Assembly: GCA_963717935.1 (NCBI GenBank)
Contig: CAVQXP010000002.1
Coordinates: forward strand, 352,001-416,000
DNA: 64,000 nt
Direction: 5' to 3'
Origin: Candidatus Eiseniibacteriota bacterium
GTDB lineage: Bacteria; Eisenbacteria; RBG-16-71-46
Part shown: in pieces, positions 33,904 to 45,433 of the stretch
Layout: the number at the start of each line of letters is the position of its first letter
How positions within the stretch are numbered: position 1 is the stretch's first letter
Made by a program: the position numbers and the translations under genes
The notes under the pieces: model-generated
What the model saw: the letters and a program-made list of their open reading frames with translations, nothing else
Databases searched by the model: none
What the model was told of the DNA's origin: nothing

Positions 33904-33936
33904 GACGGGCGGCGGGATTCGCTCCCGCCGCCCGTC
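33904..33936. terminator. GC-rich hairpin between convergent tatA and ppiD-like genes
   Basis: GACGGGCGGCGGGA-TTCGC-TCCCGCCGCCCGTC, perfect 14-bp stem, no long U tract. Confidence 0.65.
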
Positions 33937-33991
33937 GTCTGTGCGGTTCCATGGCCGCCGGCGCACCGCCGGCGCGGGATCCCGTGTGCGC

Positions 33992-35815
33992 CTACCGCGA
34001 GCCCAGGTAGCGCAGGTCCTGGATCTTCGCCTTCGCCCGCAGACCGCCCACCCAGTCGTTGAAGAAGACCTGCTGCCGGGTGGTCAGGATCTCCCTGGTG
34101 AGCTCGGTCTTCGCCTTCTCGTAGGTGGAATCCATCGGGGCCACGGTCCTCCGTTCCACGCGGGCGAAGAACCAGCCAGCCGGACCGCGCAGCGGGCCTA
34201 CGACCTTGCCCGGGGCTGTCACGAAGAGCGTTCCGACCGTCTCGCCCGCTCCCGCCAGGCGCGGGTCCGCCTGGGCTCGCGTCAGCTCCACGGTGAGCGG
34301 AGTGAGCCCGTTCGCCTTCGCGGCGTTCTCGAGCGAGCGCCCCTGCGCGAGCGCCTGGGCGATGCGGTCGGCCACCGGCTTCGCGCGGTCCACACGAGCC
34401 TCGAGCTCCGCGATCTGGCGTAGCGTCTCCGTCAACTGTTCGCGCGACACCAGGCCGCCGGGATGACGCTCGGCCACCTGCACGATGGCGTAGTCGTCCG
34501 TCCCATCGAAGATCGGGCTCACCGCCTTCAGCTTGGCGCCGAATCCCCACTCGCTCGCTTCCGGCGTGCCGGCGAGCGAAGGGGGCGTGGTGCCCAGGTC
34601 GAAGAAGCCCGTGCGCGTCGTGGAAAGGGCCTTCTCCGTCGCCGCCCTGCCCAGGTTCTTCAGGGCCGCGGCGCGCGCCCGCAGCTTCTGCAACTCGCCG
34701 TACTGCTCCTGCCGGGCGGTGTCGCTGGGTCGCACGTGGACGATGATCTGGGCCAGACGCAGGCCGGACGCGGCCTGGCCAGGCTGTGGCACCCGCTCGA
34801 GGAGCTTCATGATGATGAAGCGCCCGTTGGCCTGGTAGGGGTCGGTCACCTGGCCGGGCTGCAGGTCACGCATGTACGGCCCCAACTCGGGCCCCAGCTC
34901 GTCCAGCCGGACGACCCGGTTGATGACACCGCCCTGCGCCGCCGCGGGGCCCTCGGAGTAGTCCTTGGCCAGCTGGGCGAAGTCTTCGCCCCTGCGCACG
35001 CGATCGACCAGGTTCTGGGCGAACTGGCGGGCGGTGCGCACGTCGTCGTCGGTGAACTTCATCGGCACCAGGAGCACCTCGAGGTCGACCCGCGGGCCGG
35101 AGTAGAAGCGCCCCTTGTACTCCTGGTAGACCCGGTCGAGGTCGGCGGGCTGGGGCGGCGGCACCTTGGTCTGCAGGTCCGGCGTCACGGCGACGGTCGT
35201 GGCCACCACGCGGTCGAAACGCTCGTGGTAGGCCTCGCGCAACTCGGGCTCGCTCAGCTTGACCGAGGACAGCAGGCGTTCCTGCAGCTTGCGGACCGGC
35301 AGCTGGGACCGCGCGATCTCCTCGAAGGTCGCCCAGAAGGTGTTGTTGGGGTCACGCAGGGCGGCCCGGTACTTCTCCGGGTCGAACTTGCCGTCGGTCT
35401 GGAACGCGGGCTGGTCGATCAGCTCCTGCGGGGGGGAGGTCTGCAGCGCCAGCACCACCTCGCGATCGTGGGCCTTGATGCCGGCCAGGCGTGCCTGGCG
35501 GGCCAGCAGCTTCTGGCTCACGAGCACGCGCCAGGCCTGCGCCTCGGCGTTCTTCTCGTCGCGGTCGGCGGGGTCCGAGCCGTACTGTCGGCGGAATGCC
35601 TCGCGCTGGGTGGTGATGGCGGTCTGGTACTCCGCGGTGCTGATGGGGCTGCCATCCACGGAGCCCGCGGTCCCGGTCTGTTGCCCGCCGCCGAAATCGA
35701 CCCCCGCGCCGAAGATGAACACGAACCCGCCGAGGAAGGTGACGACGATGACGACGGTGAGCAGCCACCAGATTGCCTTGGTGTGTTTGCCGCCAGCACG
35801 CAGTTGACGAAGCAT
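33992..35815 (-). CDS. PpiD/SurA-like membrane-anchored periplasmic chaperone/parvulin
   Basis: N-terminal TM, SurA_N-like region (FQTDGKFDPEKY), rotamase motif GEDFAQLAKDYSEGP..QGG. Confidence 0.85.
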   Translation of the reverse strand: MLRQLRAGGKHTKAIWWLLTVVIVVTFLGGFVFIFGAGVDFGGGQQTGTAGSVDGSPISTAEYQTAITTQREAFRRQYGSDPADRDEKNAEAQAWRVLVSQKLLARQARLAGIKAHDREVVLALQTSPPQELIDQPAFQTDGKFDPEKYRAALRDPNNTFWATFEEIARSQLPVRKLQERLLSSVKLSEPELREAYHERFDRVVATTVAVTPDLQTKVPPPQPADLDRVYQEYKGRFYSGPRVDLEVLLVPMKFTDDDVRTARQFAQNLVDRVRRGEDFAQLAKDYSEGPAAAQGGVINRVVRLDELGPELGPYMRDLQPGQVTDPYQANGRFIIMKLLERVPQPGQAASGLRLAQIIVHVRPSDTARQEQYGELQKLRARAAALKNLGRAATEKALSTTRTGFFDLGTTPPSLAGTPEASEWGFGAKLKAVSPIFDGTDDYAIVQVAERHPGGLVSREQLTETLRQIAELEARVDRAKPVADRIAQALAQGRSLENAAKANGLTPLTVELTRAQADPRLAGAGETVGTLFVTAPGKVVGPLRGPAGWFFARVERRTVAPMDSTYEKAKTELTREILTTRQQVFFNDWVGGLRAKAKIQDLRYLGSR

Positions 35816-36006
35816 TCAGGGCTCCCGGAACGGGCCGAAGCGATCGTGGAGGAGAGTGACCCGGCATTCTACCAGCCACCTCCGGCGCGCTCAACCAGCC
35901 GGTCCCGCCCCGGGCGGGTGCGGGAAACCGCGCATCCTCCGTTGCCTGCGTGGGCGGCGTGTGCTACCTCTCAGCCTGCATCGTTGATTCCGCCCGTGGA
36001 GGGCCG

Positions 36007-37122
36007 ATGAGCACGCGCAGCGAAGCCCCCGCCCGTCCGGCCGATTCGGAGCCCGCGCCGCGCCCGATCCCGTGGCCCACGCAGGTGCTGGACGCGCTGG
36101 AACAGGGGGTGGTGGCACTCGACCGTGAGCGCCGTGTCACCTACAACAACCGCCGCATCGAGGAGCTGTTCGCCATCGAGCCGGGCGGGCTGCTGGGGCT
36201 GCCGGCGTCGCGCCTGTTCCCCGGGGCCGACGCGCGCTGGCTGAAGGGCTCCTCGCGCGAGCCGCGCGAGTTCCGCATCGAAGCCGAGGGCCGCGAGTTG
36301 ACGCTCAAGGCCGAGTCCCTGCCGTTGCGCGACGAGGATGGCGCCCTGATGGGCTCGCTCGTGATGGTGGAGGCCACCTCCGAGAGCGAGGACGGCGAGT
36401 TCCAGAAGAACATCGACCGTCTGGTCTCGCTGGGCGAGTTGTCGGCCTACGTGGCCCACGAGATCCGCAACCCGCTGACAGGCATCCGCACCACCGTCCA
36501 GTACGTGGGCTCGAAGTTCAAGCCCAACGACGCCCGGCGCGAGGATCTCGAGGACGTCATCAAGGAGCTGGACCGCATCGAGCAGATCATCACCGGCCTG
36601 CTCATGTTCGCCCGGCCGCCCGCGGCCCGCCCGCAGTCGTGCGACCTGCGCCAGGTGCTCGAGAAGACGCTGGACCTGCTCGAGCTGCAGCTGGGGGACG
36701 CGCAGGTGACGCTCTCCAAGGATTACGCCGAGGTGACCGAGGAGATCCCGCTCGTCTACGCGGACCCCGACCTCACGCAGCAGGTGTTCCTCAACCTCTG
36801 CCTGAACGCCGTGCAGGCCATGCCCGAAGGGGGCGAGCTGCACGTCATGCTGGGGGTGCGGCGCTACCGCACGCGGCGCTCGGTGGTGGACGTCTCCTTC
36901 CGGGACACCGGCGTGGGCATCCCCAAGGATCTCATGGAGAAGATCTTCGACCCCTTCTTCACGACGCGTTCCATGGGCACCGGGCTGGGCCTGCCCATCT
37001 CGCTGCAGATCGTGCGCGAGGTGGGCGGCGTGATCACCGCCAAGAACAACGCGGGCGGTGGCGCGACGCTGCGCGTCTCCTTCCCGGTCCCGGCGGAGCC
37101 GCCGGGACCGCCGGAGGACTAG
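36007..37122 (+). CDS. Cytoplasmic PAS-domain sensor histidine kinase (NtrB/AtoS-like)
   Basis: PAS (GVVALD...YNN), H-box AHEIRNPL, N-box NLCLNAVQAM, G1 DTGVGI, F/G2 IFDPFFTT..GTGLGL. No TM helix. Confidence 0.92.
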   Translation: MSTRSEAPARPADSEPAPRPIPWPTQVLDALEQGVVALDRERRVTYNNRRIEELFAIEPGGLLGLPASRLFPGADARWLKGSSREPREFRIEAEGRELTLKAESLPLRDEDGALMGSLVMVEATSESEDGEFQKNIDRLVSLGELSAYVAHEIRNPLTGIRTTVQYVGSKFKPNDARREDLEDVIKELDRIEQIITGLLMFARPPAARPQSCDLRQVLEKTLDLLELQLGDAQVTLSKDYAEVTEEIPLVYADPDLTQQVFLNLCLNAVQAMPEGGELHVMLGVRRYRTRRSVVDVSFRDTGVGIPKDLMEKIFDPFFTTRSMGTGLGLPISLQIVREVGGVITAKNNAGGGATLRVSFPVPAEPPGPPED

Positions 37123-37126
37123 GACC

Positions 37127-38501
37127 GTGAAGAACACCGTGCTCGTCGTGGACGACGAGACTCCTCATCCGCAAGTCGCTGTCCCGCGTGCTGCGCGAGA
37201 AGGGCTACCTGGTCGAGGGGGCGAGCACCGGGGCGGAGGGTCTCGAGAAGGTCGAAAGCGTGCGGCCGCAGGTCATCATCCTCGACATGCGCCTGCCGGA
37301 CACCGACGGCCTCTCCGTGCTGCGGCGCGTACGCCAGTTGGATGCGCTGGTCCAGGTCATCGTCATCACCGCCTACGGCGACGTCCAGTCGGCGGTCGAG
37401 GCCATGAAGCTCGGAGCCTGCGATTTCCTCCGGAAGCCGTACGAGAAGGAGGACATCGAGATGGCGGTCGAGGCTGCGGCCCGCACGTTCCGCCAGGCCA
37501 ACGAACTCGACCTCTACCGCCGCAAGGAGAAGCGCCGGTACACGGGGGAGGAGATCATCGGCACCTCCGTCCCCATGCAGGAGGTGCGGGATCTCATCGA
37601 GAAGGTGGTGCGCAGCCAGGCGACCTCCGTGTTCATCACCGGGGAGAGCGGGACCGGCAAGGAACTGGTCGCGCGGGCGATCCACTACCGCAGCGATCGT
37701 GCCCAGGCGCCGCTCATGGAGGTCAACTGCTCCTCGTTCCAGGAGACCCTGCTCGAGAACGAGCTGTTCGGGCACGAGCGCGGCGCCTTCACGGACGCCG
37801 GGGACCTGAAGAAGGGCCTGGTCGAGCTTTGCGACGGCGGCACGCTCTTCCTGGACGAGGTGGCGGACATGTCGATGCCGACCCAGGCCAAGCTCCTGCG
37901 CTTCATCGACTACCGGAACTTCAAGCGGGTGGGCGGGGCCGAGGACATCAGCGTGGACATCCGCATCGTGGCCGCCTCGAACAAGGATCTCGAGAGCGAC
38001 ATCCGCACCGGGCGCTTCCGCAGCGACCTGTACTTCCGCCTCAAGGTCGTGAGCATCCACCTGCCTCCGCTCAACGAGCGCGGTGACGACATCCTGCTGC
38101 TGGCGCGGCACTTCCTGCGCGAGTTCTCCCGCCAGTTCCAGAAGGACTTCCGCGACATCACGCCCGACGCGGCGCGCCTGCTGCTGTCCTACCGCTGGCC
38201 GGGCAACGTTCGCGAGCTGCGCAACCTCATCGAGCGCGTCGTGCTCCTCGAGGATGGGCGGCAACTGGAACTCGATCACCTGCCGGCGGAGGTCGCGGGC
38301 CGGCGCCTGGCCTCCGACCACTCGATCGCGCTGCCCACGCTCGCGCAGATCGAAGCCGACCACATCGCCGAGGTGCTGCGGCTCACCGCGGGGAACAAGA
38401 GCCGCGCCGCGCGCGTCCTCGGCATCTCGCGGCAGGGTCTCATCGAGAAGCTGCGGCGCTCGCGCGTGCTCGACGAGGGTGGTGGTCGTCAAGTATCTTG
38501 A
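37127..38501 (+). CDS. Sigma54-dependent response regulator (REC-AAA+-Fis HTH); frameshift ~37160
   Basis: VLVVDDE, LDMRLPD, GESGTGKE, ELFGHERGAFTDA, LFLDEV, FRSDLYFRL, WPGNVRELRN, GNKSRAARVLGISR. Confidence 0.94.
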
Positions 38502-38547
38502 CACCCACAAGGAAGTGGACACCGTCCTGCAATCTATTGTATTGCAG
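38488..38547. promoter_or_regulatory. Putative upstream activator sequences (palindromes) for a sigma54 activator
   Basis: GTCAAG-TAT-CTTGAC (38488-38502), a degenerate copy 18 bp downstream (CACAAGGAAGTGGACAC, 38506-38522), and CTGCAAT-N7-ATTGCAG (38527-38547), in the most AT-rich stretch of the window. Confidence 0.55.
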
Positions 38548-38713
38548 TTGTTTGCGATTCACGTTCCGGCTAACTCACCATTAAATTGACGGTTAGAACG
38601 GTTCGAGCCAGTCGAAAACGGCAAGGTGCGAGCCTGGGTAGAACCCACGGCTATTTTTTATTGCCTTGTACTGCAATGTCTTACGCGATGAATGACGCTG
38701 CCTCCCTGCCGTG

Positions 38714-38729
38714 TGGAATGGAACCTGCT
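38714..38729 (+). promoter_or_regulatory. Putative sigma54 (-24/-12) promoter
   Basis: TGGAATGGAACCTGCT has GG and GC at the canonical spacing of TGGCACGNNNNTTGC. It is preceded by an A/T tract and IHF-like CTGCAAtgtcTTA (38671-38683). Confidence 0.6.
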
Positions 38730-38739
38730 TCCGAGTTCG

Positions 38740-39294
38740 GGCGAGGCCAAGTGGGGTTCTCGGGAACTCCGCCGGGCCGCCGGGGCCGCGCCCAAGGCGG
38801 CGGCCAACAGTGCCCCAGCGAGAAGTTGGGGACTCCACCATCGAGATCAGATCCAAGGAGGTGATCAGGAATGGCAGCGAAGAAGAAGGTCGCCAAGAAG
38901 AAGGTCGCCAAGAAGAAGGTCGCCAAGAAGAAGAAGTAAGCCCGTCTCAGGACCTGGCACGTCCTCAGGGGATTGGTCGGCGATGCCGGCCAATCCCCGA
39001 TTGCTGGGGGAGCGGCTCTCGACCCGGCGGGGAGGTCCAGGGGAGAGGATGCGCGCCGGCTGCCACGCCCGTTCGCGGGAGCGACCCTCGCTCCGCCTGG
39101 AGTGGAAGCCGATCGACCGGCGGGTCGGCCTTACCTGAGGCCACCGGTCGCGCGAGAGAGAACGCACCGCGGGACGGTGACCTGACGGTGCGGGTTTGGG
39201 GCTGGAGGTTTCCGTGCTAGGGCTGGCCGTCTTCCTCCAGTGACCCGCGACGGTTCGCTCATGGATGGGCGGGCCGTTCGCGTCTTCTGAGGAT
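38740..39294 (+). ncRNA. Candidate structured RNA (family not recognised) surrounding the small Lys-rich ORF
   Basis: At least nine predicted hairpins, several with G-U pairs on the + strand (38751-38772, 38813-38831, 38968-38998, 39250-39277), plus possible long-range pairings. Confidence 0.45.
38871..38939 (+). CDS. 22-aa Lys/Ala/Val-rich basic peptide MAAKKKVAKKKVAKKKVAKKKK (histone H1-tail/protamine-like)
   Basis: AAGGAGGTGA Shine-Dalgarno (38855-38864), ATG 38871, TAA 38937-38939. All 13 Lys codons are AAG. Built from the 15-bp unit AAGAAGAAGGTCGCC x3. Confidence 0.8.
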   Translation: MAAKKKVAKKKVAKKKVAKKKK

Positions 39295-39394
39295 CCCCCG
39301 CAGCGTTCCCTGCAGCGAGCCTTGCCGCCGGTGGCGCGTGCTATAGTCGTGCAGCTCGCCACCGCCGCGTGCTCTTCGCCTGCCCGAGGCCCCG

Positions 39395-42184
<2,790 letters not shown>

Positions 42185-42218
42185 ACGCCGCCCATCCCGG
42201 GCGCAGACTCCCGCCGCC

Positions 42219-43680
42219 ATGGACGCCATCTCCGCCGCCGGGCTCGAGCGGCTCGACGACTTCCGCTGGATGATCCCGCGCGCGGGCGCGATGCGCGTGC
42301 CCGGGGTCATCTTCGCGGACCGGCCGCTGCTCGAGCAGATCCTCGGCCGACCGCACCTGCGAGCAGATCCGCAATGCCGCGACCCTGCCGGGCATCCTCG
42401 AGGCCTCGATCGCCATGCCCGACGCCCACTGGGGCTACGGGCTGCCGGTCGGCGGCGTGGTGGCCTTCGATCCCGGACGAGGGCGTGGTCTCGCCGGGCG
42501 CGGTGGGCTACGACATCGGCTGCGGCGTGCGCCTGATGCGCACCCGCCTCGACGCGCGCCGACCTGGCCCCGCAGGTGGAGGCCCTGGCCGACGCGCTCT
42601 ACCGCGAGGTGCCCGTGCGGCGTGGGCTCCACCGGGCGCGGTGCGGCTCAAGCCCGGGCGATCTGGACCGGGTGCTGCGCGACGGGCCGCGCTGGGCGGT
42701 CGGGCGCGGCCTGGGCACCGCGGGCGACCTCGAGCACTGCGAGGAGGCCGGCGTGCTGGCCGACGCCGACCCGGGCGCGGTGAGCGAGGCCGCGAAGGAC
42801 CGCGGCCGCGACCAGCTCGGCACGCTGGGCTCGGGCAACCACTTCCTCGAGGTGCAGGAGGTGGACGAGATCCACGACGAGGACGGCGGCGCGGGCGCTC
42901 GGGCTCGAGCGGGGCATGGTCACCGTGATGATCCACTGCGGCTCGCGCGGGCTGGGCCACCAGGTCTGCACCGACCACGTGCGCGACGTCGCGCGCAAGC
43001 TCACCGGCTGGGGCATCGACGCTGCCGGACCGGCAGCTCGCCTGCGCCCCGCTGCGCTCGCCCGAGGCCACGGCCTACCTGGGCGCGATGCGCGCGGCCG
43101 CGAACTTCGCCTGGGCGAACCGGCAGTGCATCGCCGACGAGGTGCGGCGCGCCTTCGAGCGCACGCTGCGCCGCAGCCACGAGTCGCTTGGACCTCACGC
43201 TGGTCTACGACGTGGCGCACAACATCGCCAAGTTCGAGCGCCACCGGACCGCGGCGGGCACGGTGCGCTGCCTGGTGCACCGCAAGGGCGCGACGCGGGC
43301 CTTCCCGGCGGGCCACCCCGACGTGCCCGCGGCCTACCGTGCGGTGGGCCAGCCGGTGCTGGTGCCCGGGCGACATGGGGCGCTACTCGTTCGTGCTGGT
43401 CGGGCGTCCGGGCTCGATGGCGCACGCCTTCGGCTCCACCTGCCACGGCGCCGGACGCCGCATGAGCCGCACCCAGGCGGTGCGCGAGACGCGCGGCCGC
43501 GACCTGGTCGCCGAGCTGCGCGAGGCCGGCGTCGCCGTGCGCTCCAAGGGCCGCGACACGCTGCGCGAGGAGACCAGCGAGGCCTACAAGGACGTGGCCG
43601 ACGTCGTGCGCGTGGTCGAGGGCGCGGACCTGGCGAGGCGCGTGGCGCGGCTCAGGCCGTTCCTGGTGGTCAAGGGCTGA
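42219..43680 (+). CDS. rtcB: RNA 2',3'-cyclic phosphate/5'-OH ligase RtcB (multiple frameshifts)
   Basis: [65 protein letters not shown]-terminal VKG. Confidence 0.92.
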
Positions 43681-43754
43681 CTGCTACGCGAAGCCCCGCC
43701 CCGGTGCTCCGGGACGGGGCCTCGTTCGACTCGGGGCGCCCTGCGAACCCAGCC

Positions 43755-44591
43755 TCAGGCCTTCGTGATCGTCCGTGGCGGCGCCGCCGGGATGTCCTCG
43801 CGCCGCTTGCCGCAGGGCTTGTCCGCCAGCCTGGAGGCCGGCTTGCGCACGCGCAGCCGCAGCAGGTCGAAGCACGAGGTCCTGCTTCATCAGCTGGATC
43901 GCCTTGGCCGGGTCCACCCCCTTGGGGCAGACCTGCGAGCACTCGCCCGCGAAGTGGCAGCGCCACGGTCCGCTGCCCACGGAGAGCAGCTCGCGCCGCC
44001 GCGCGAACCCGCCGTCGCGCGTGTCGCTGTTGTAGCGGTGGGCCTGTGCCAGCGGCATCGGCCCGGAGTACTTCGGGTCCGTTGCCACCGTCGGGCATGC
44101 CGCCATGCAGCAGCCGCACTTGATGCAGTAGCTGAACTGCAGGTAGCGCTCCAACTCGTGCGGCGTCTGCCAGTACTCCCCGGTCGGGTCGTTCTGCTCC
44201 TTGACGTCCTCGCGGATCAGGTAGGGCATCAGCTCGCGGTGGGCCTCGAACATCAGGTGCAGGTCGGGCACGAGGTCCTTGATGATGCCGAAGTTGGGCA
44301 GCGGCCCCACCGCGACGACGTCGCTCTGCAGTTCGGAGATCTGCGTGTTGCAGGCCAGTCGCGGGCGGCCGTTGATGAGCATGCCGCACGAGCCGCAGAT
44401 GCCCATGCGACACGAGGAGCGCCACGCCAGGGTCGGCGCGAACAACTCCTTCACCTTCCACAGGCCGTCGAGCACGGTCATGCCGGGCAGTGACGTCGAT
44501 CTTGTACGTGCTCCCAGTGCGGCTCGCGGTCCTTGCCGGGCTCGTAGCGGCGGAGGTGGAAGACCACCTGCTTCAGGCTCGTGTCGGCCAT
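43755..44591 (-). CDS. sdhB: Succinate dehydrogenase/fumarate reductase iron-sulfur subunit (frameshifts near both ends)
   Basis: SCRMGICGSCG, LAC, CIKCGCCMAACP, CHFAGECSQVCP. Confidence 0.9.
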
Positions 44592-44592
44592 G

Positions 44593-44974
44593 TCAGCCTC
44601 CCACCGGGCGGCGACGCGCGGGGCCGTGACGGCGACCCAGGCCGCCGAAGGCGAACAACGCCAGGCCGAGCCCCGCGAGCGCGACGTCGATGCTCTTGCG
44701 CAGCCCGTCGCCGGGATTCAGCTCGAGCAGGATGTTCCGCAGGCCGAAGAGCCCGTGGTACAGCGCCGCGCCGAGCATGACGACGTAGGTGACGGCGAAG
44801 AACACGCTCCTCATCCGCGCCGCGACGTTCGCCCAGGCCTCCGCCTCGCCGCCGGCGGGGTTGAAGAGGTCGGAACGTCCCGTTGAGGTGCATGATGGTC
44901 ATGTGCAGGCCCAGGAAGACCAGGATGACCACGCCTGCGAAGAGGTGCCAGGTCCAGAGCGTGCGGTCTCGCAT
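44593..44974 (-). CDS. sdhD: Succinate dehydrogenase membrane anchor subunit D (frameshifted)
   Basis: WHLFAGVVILVFLGLHMTIMH and ALYHGLFGLRNILLE, hydrophobic, with heme-ligand His residues. Confidence 0.75.
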
Positions 44975-44990
44975 GGTCGGCTCCTAGCGT

Positions 44991-45419
44991 TCACAGGAAG
45001 AAGTCGAGGCCACCCCAGACCGCGAGCGCGCCCGCGATCAGCATCGCCGCGATCGCGAGCGGCCGCTGCCGGCCGACCGAGGTCGCGTAGGGGTAGATGG
45101 GTTCGATGGGCCTGCCGACCGCAAAGCCGAGCTCGATCAGCACGAGCCGGACGCCGTTGACGGCGTGGAAGGCGAAGGCGGCGAAGACCAGGTACTCACC
45201 GGCCTTGAAGACCGGGCCCTCGACGGCGTCCATCGCCCGCTCCCAGCTCCCGGGGCCGAGGACCCGGGTCGAGGTGACGAAGATGTGCATCAGGAAGTAG
45301 GTCAGCAGGCCGAGCCCGGTGAGGCGGTGGAGCGTGTACAGGTAGCGCTCGAGGCCCCAGCGGCCGCCGCCGACCCACCCCCGGATGCCCAGCCGATTCG
45401 GATGTGCGCGGGATTCCAT
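44991..45419 (-). CDS. sdhC: Succinate dehydrogenase cytochrome b subunit C
   Basis: YTLHRLTG, FLMHI, FHAVNGVRLVLIE. Confidence 0.85.
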   Translation of the reverse strand: MESRAHPNRLGIRGWVGGGRWGLERYLYTLHRLTGLGLLTYFLMHIFVTSTRVLGPGSWERAMDAVEGPVFKAGEYLVFAAFAFHAVNGVRLVLIELGFAVGRPIEPIYPYATSVGRQRPLAIAAMLIAGALAVWGGLDFFL

Positions 45420-45433
45420 GATCTCCTCCGGGG

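Noticed and set aside
38502..38720. Low-GC stretch as a horizontally acquired island or mobile element
   Set aside because: Only ~200 bp, with no integrase, transposase, tRNA or terminal repeats. Better explained as regulatory DNA.
38826..38840. CTCCACCA resembling a tmRNA/tRNA-Ala 3' end
   Set aside because: No preceding T-arm (GGTTCRA.TCC) or matching acceptor 5' strand. The nearby ORF has its own SD and ATG, unlike a tmRNA tag.
38955..38970. TGGCAC as a second sigma54 promoter after the small ORF
   Set aside because: No GC at the -12 position (reads TGGCACGTCCTCAGGG).
38586..39362. ORF-track ORFs of 70-170 aa across the intergenic region (38692-39138, 38711-39220, 38865-39362, 38681-38926)
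   Set aside because: No SD or domain signal. Their repetitive segments are alternate-frame or antisense readings of the Lys-rich 22-codon ORF, which alone has a strong SD and typical codon usage.
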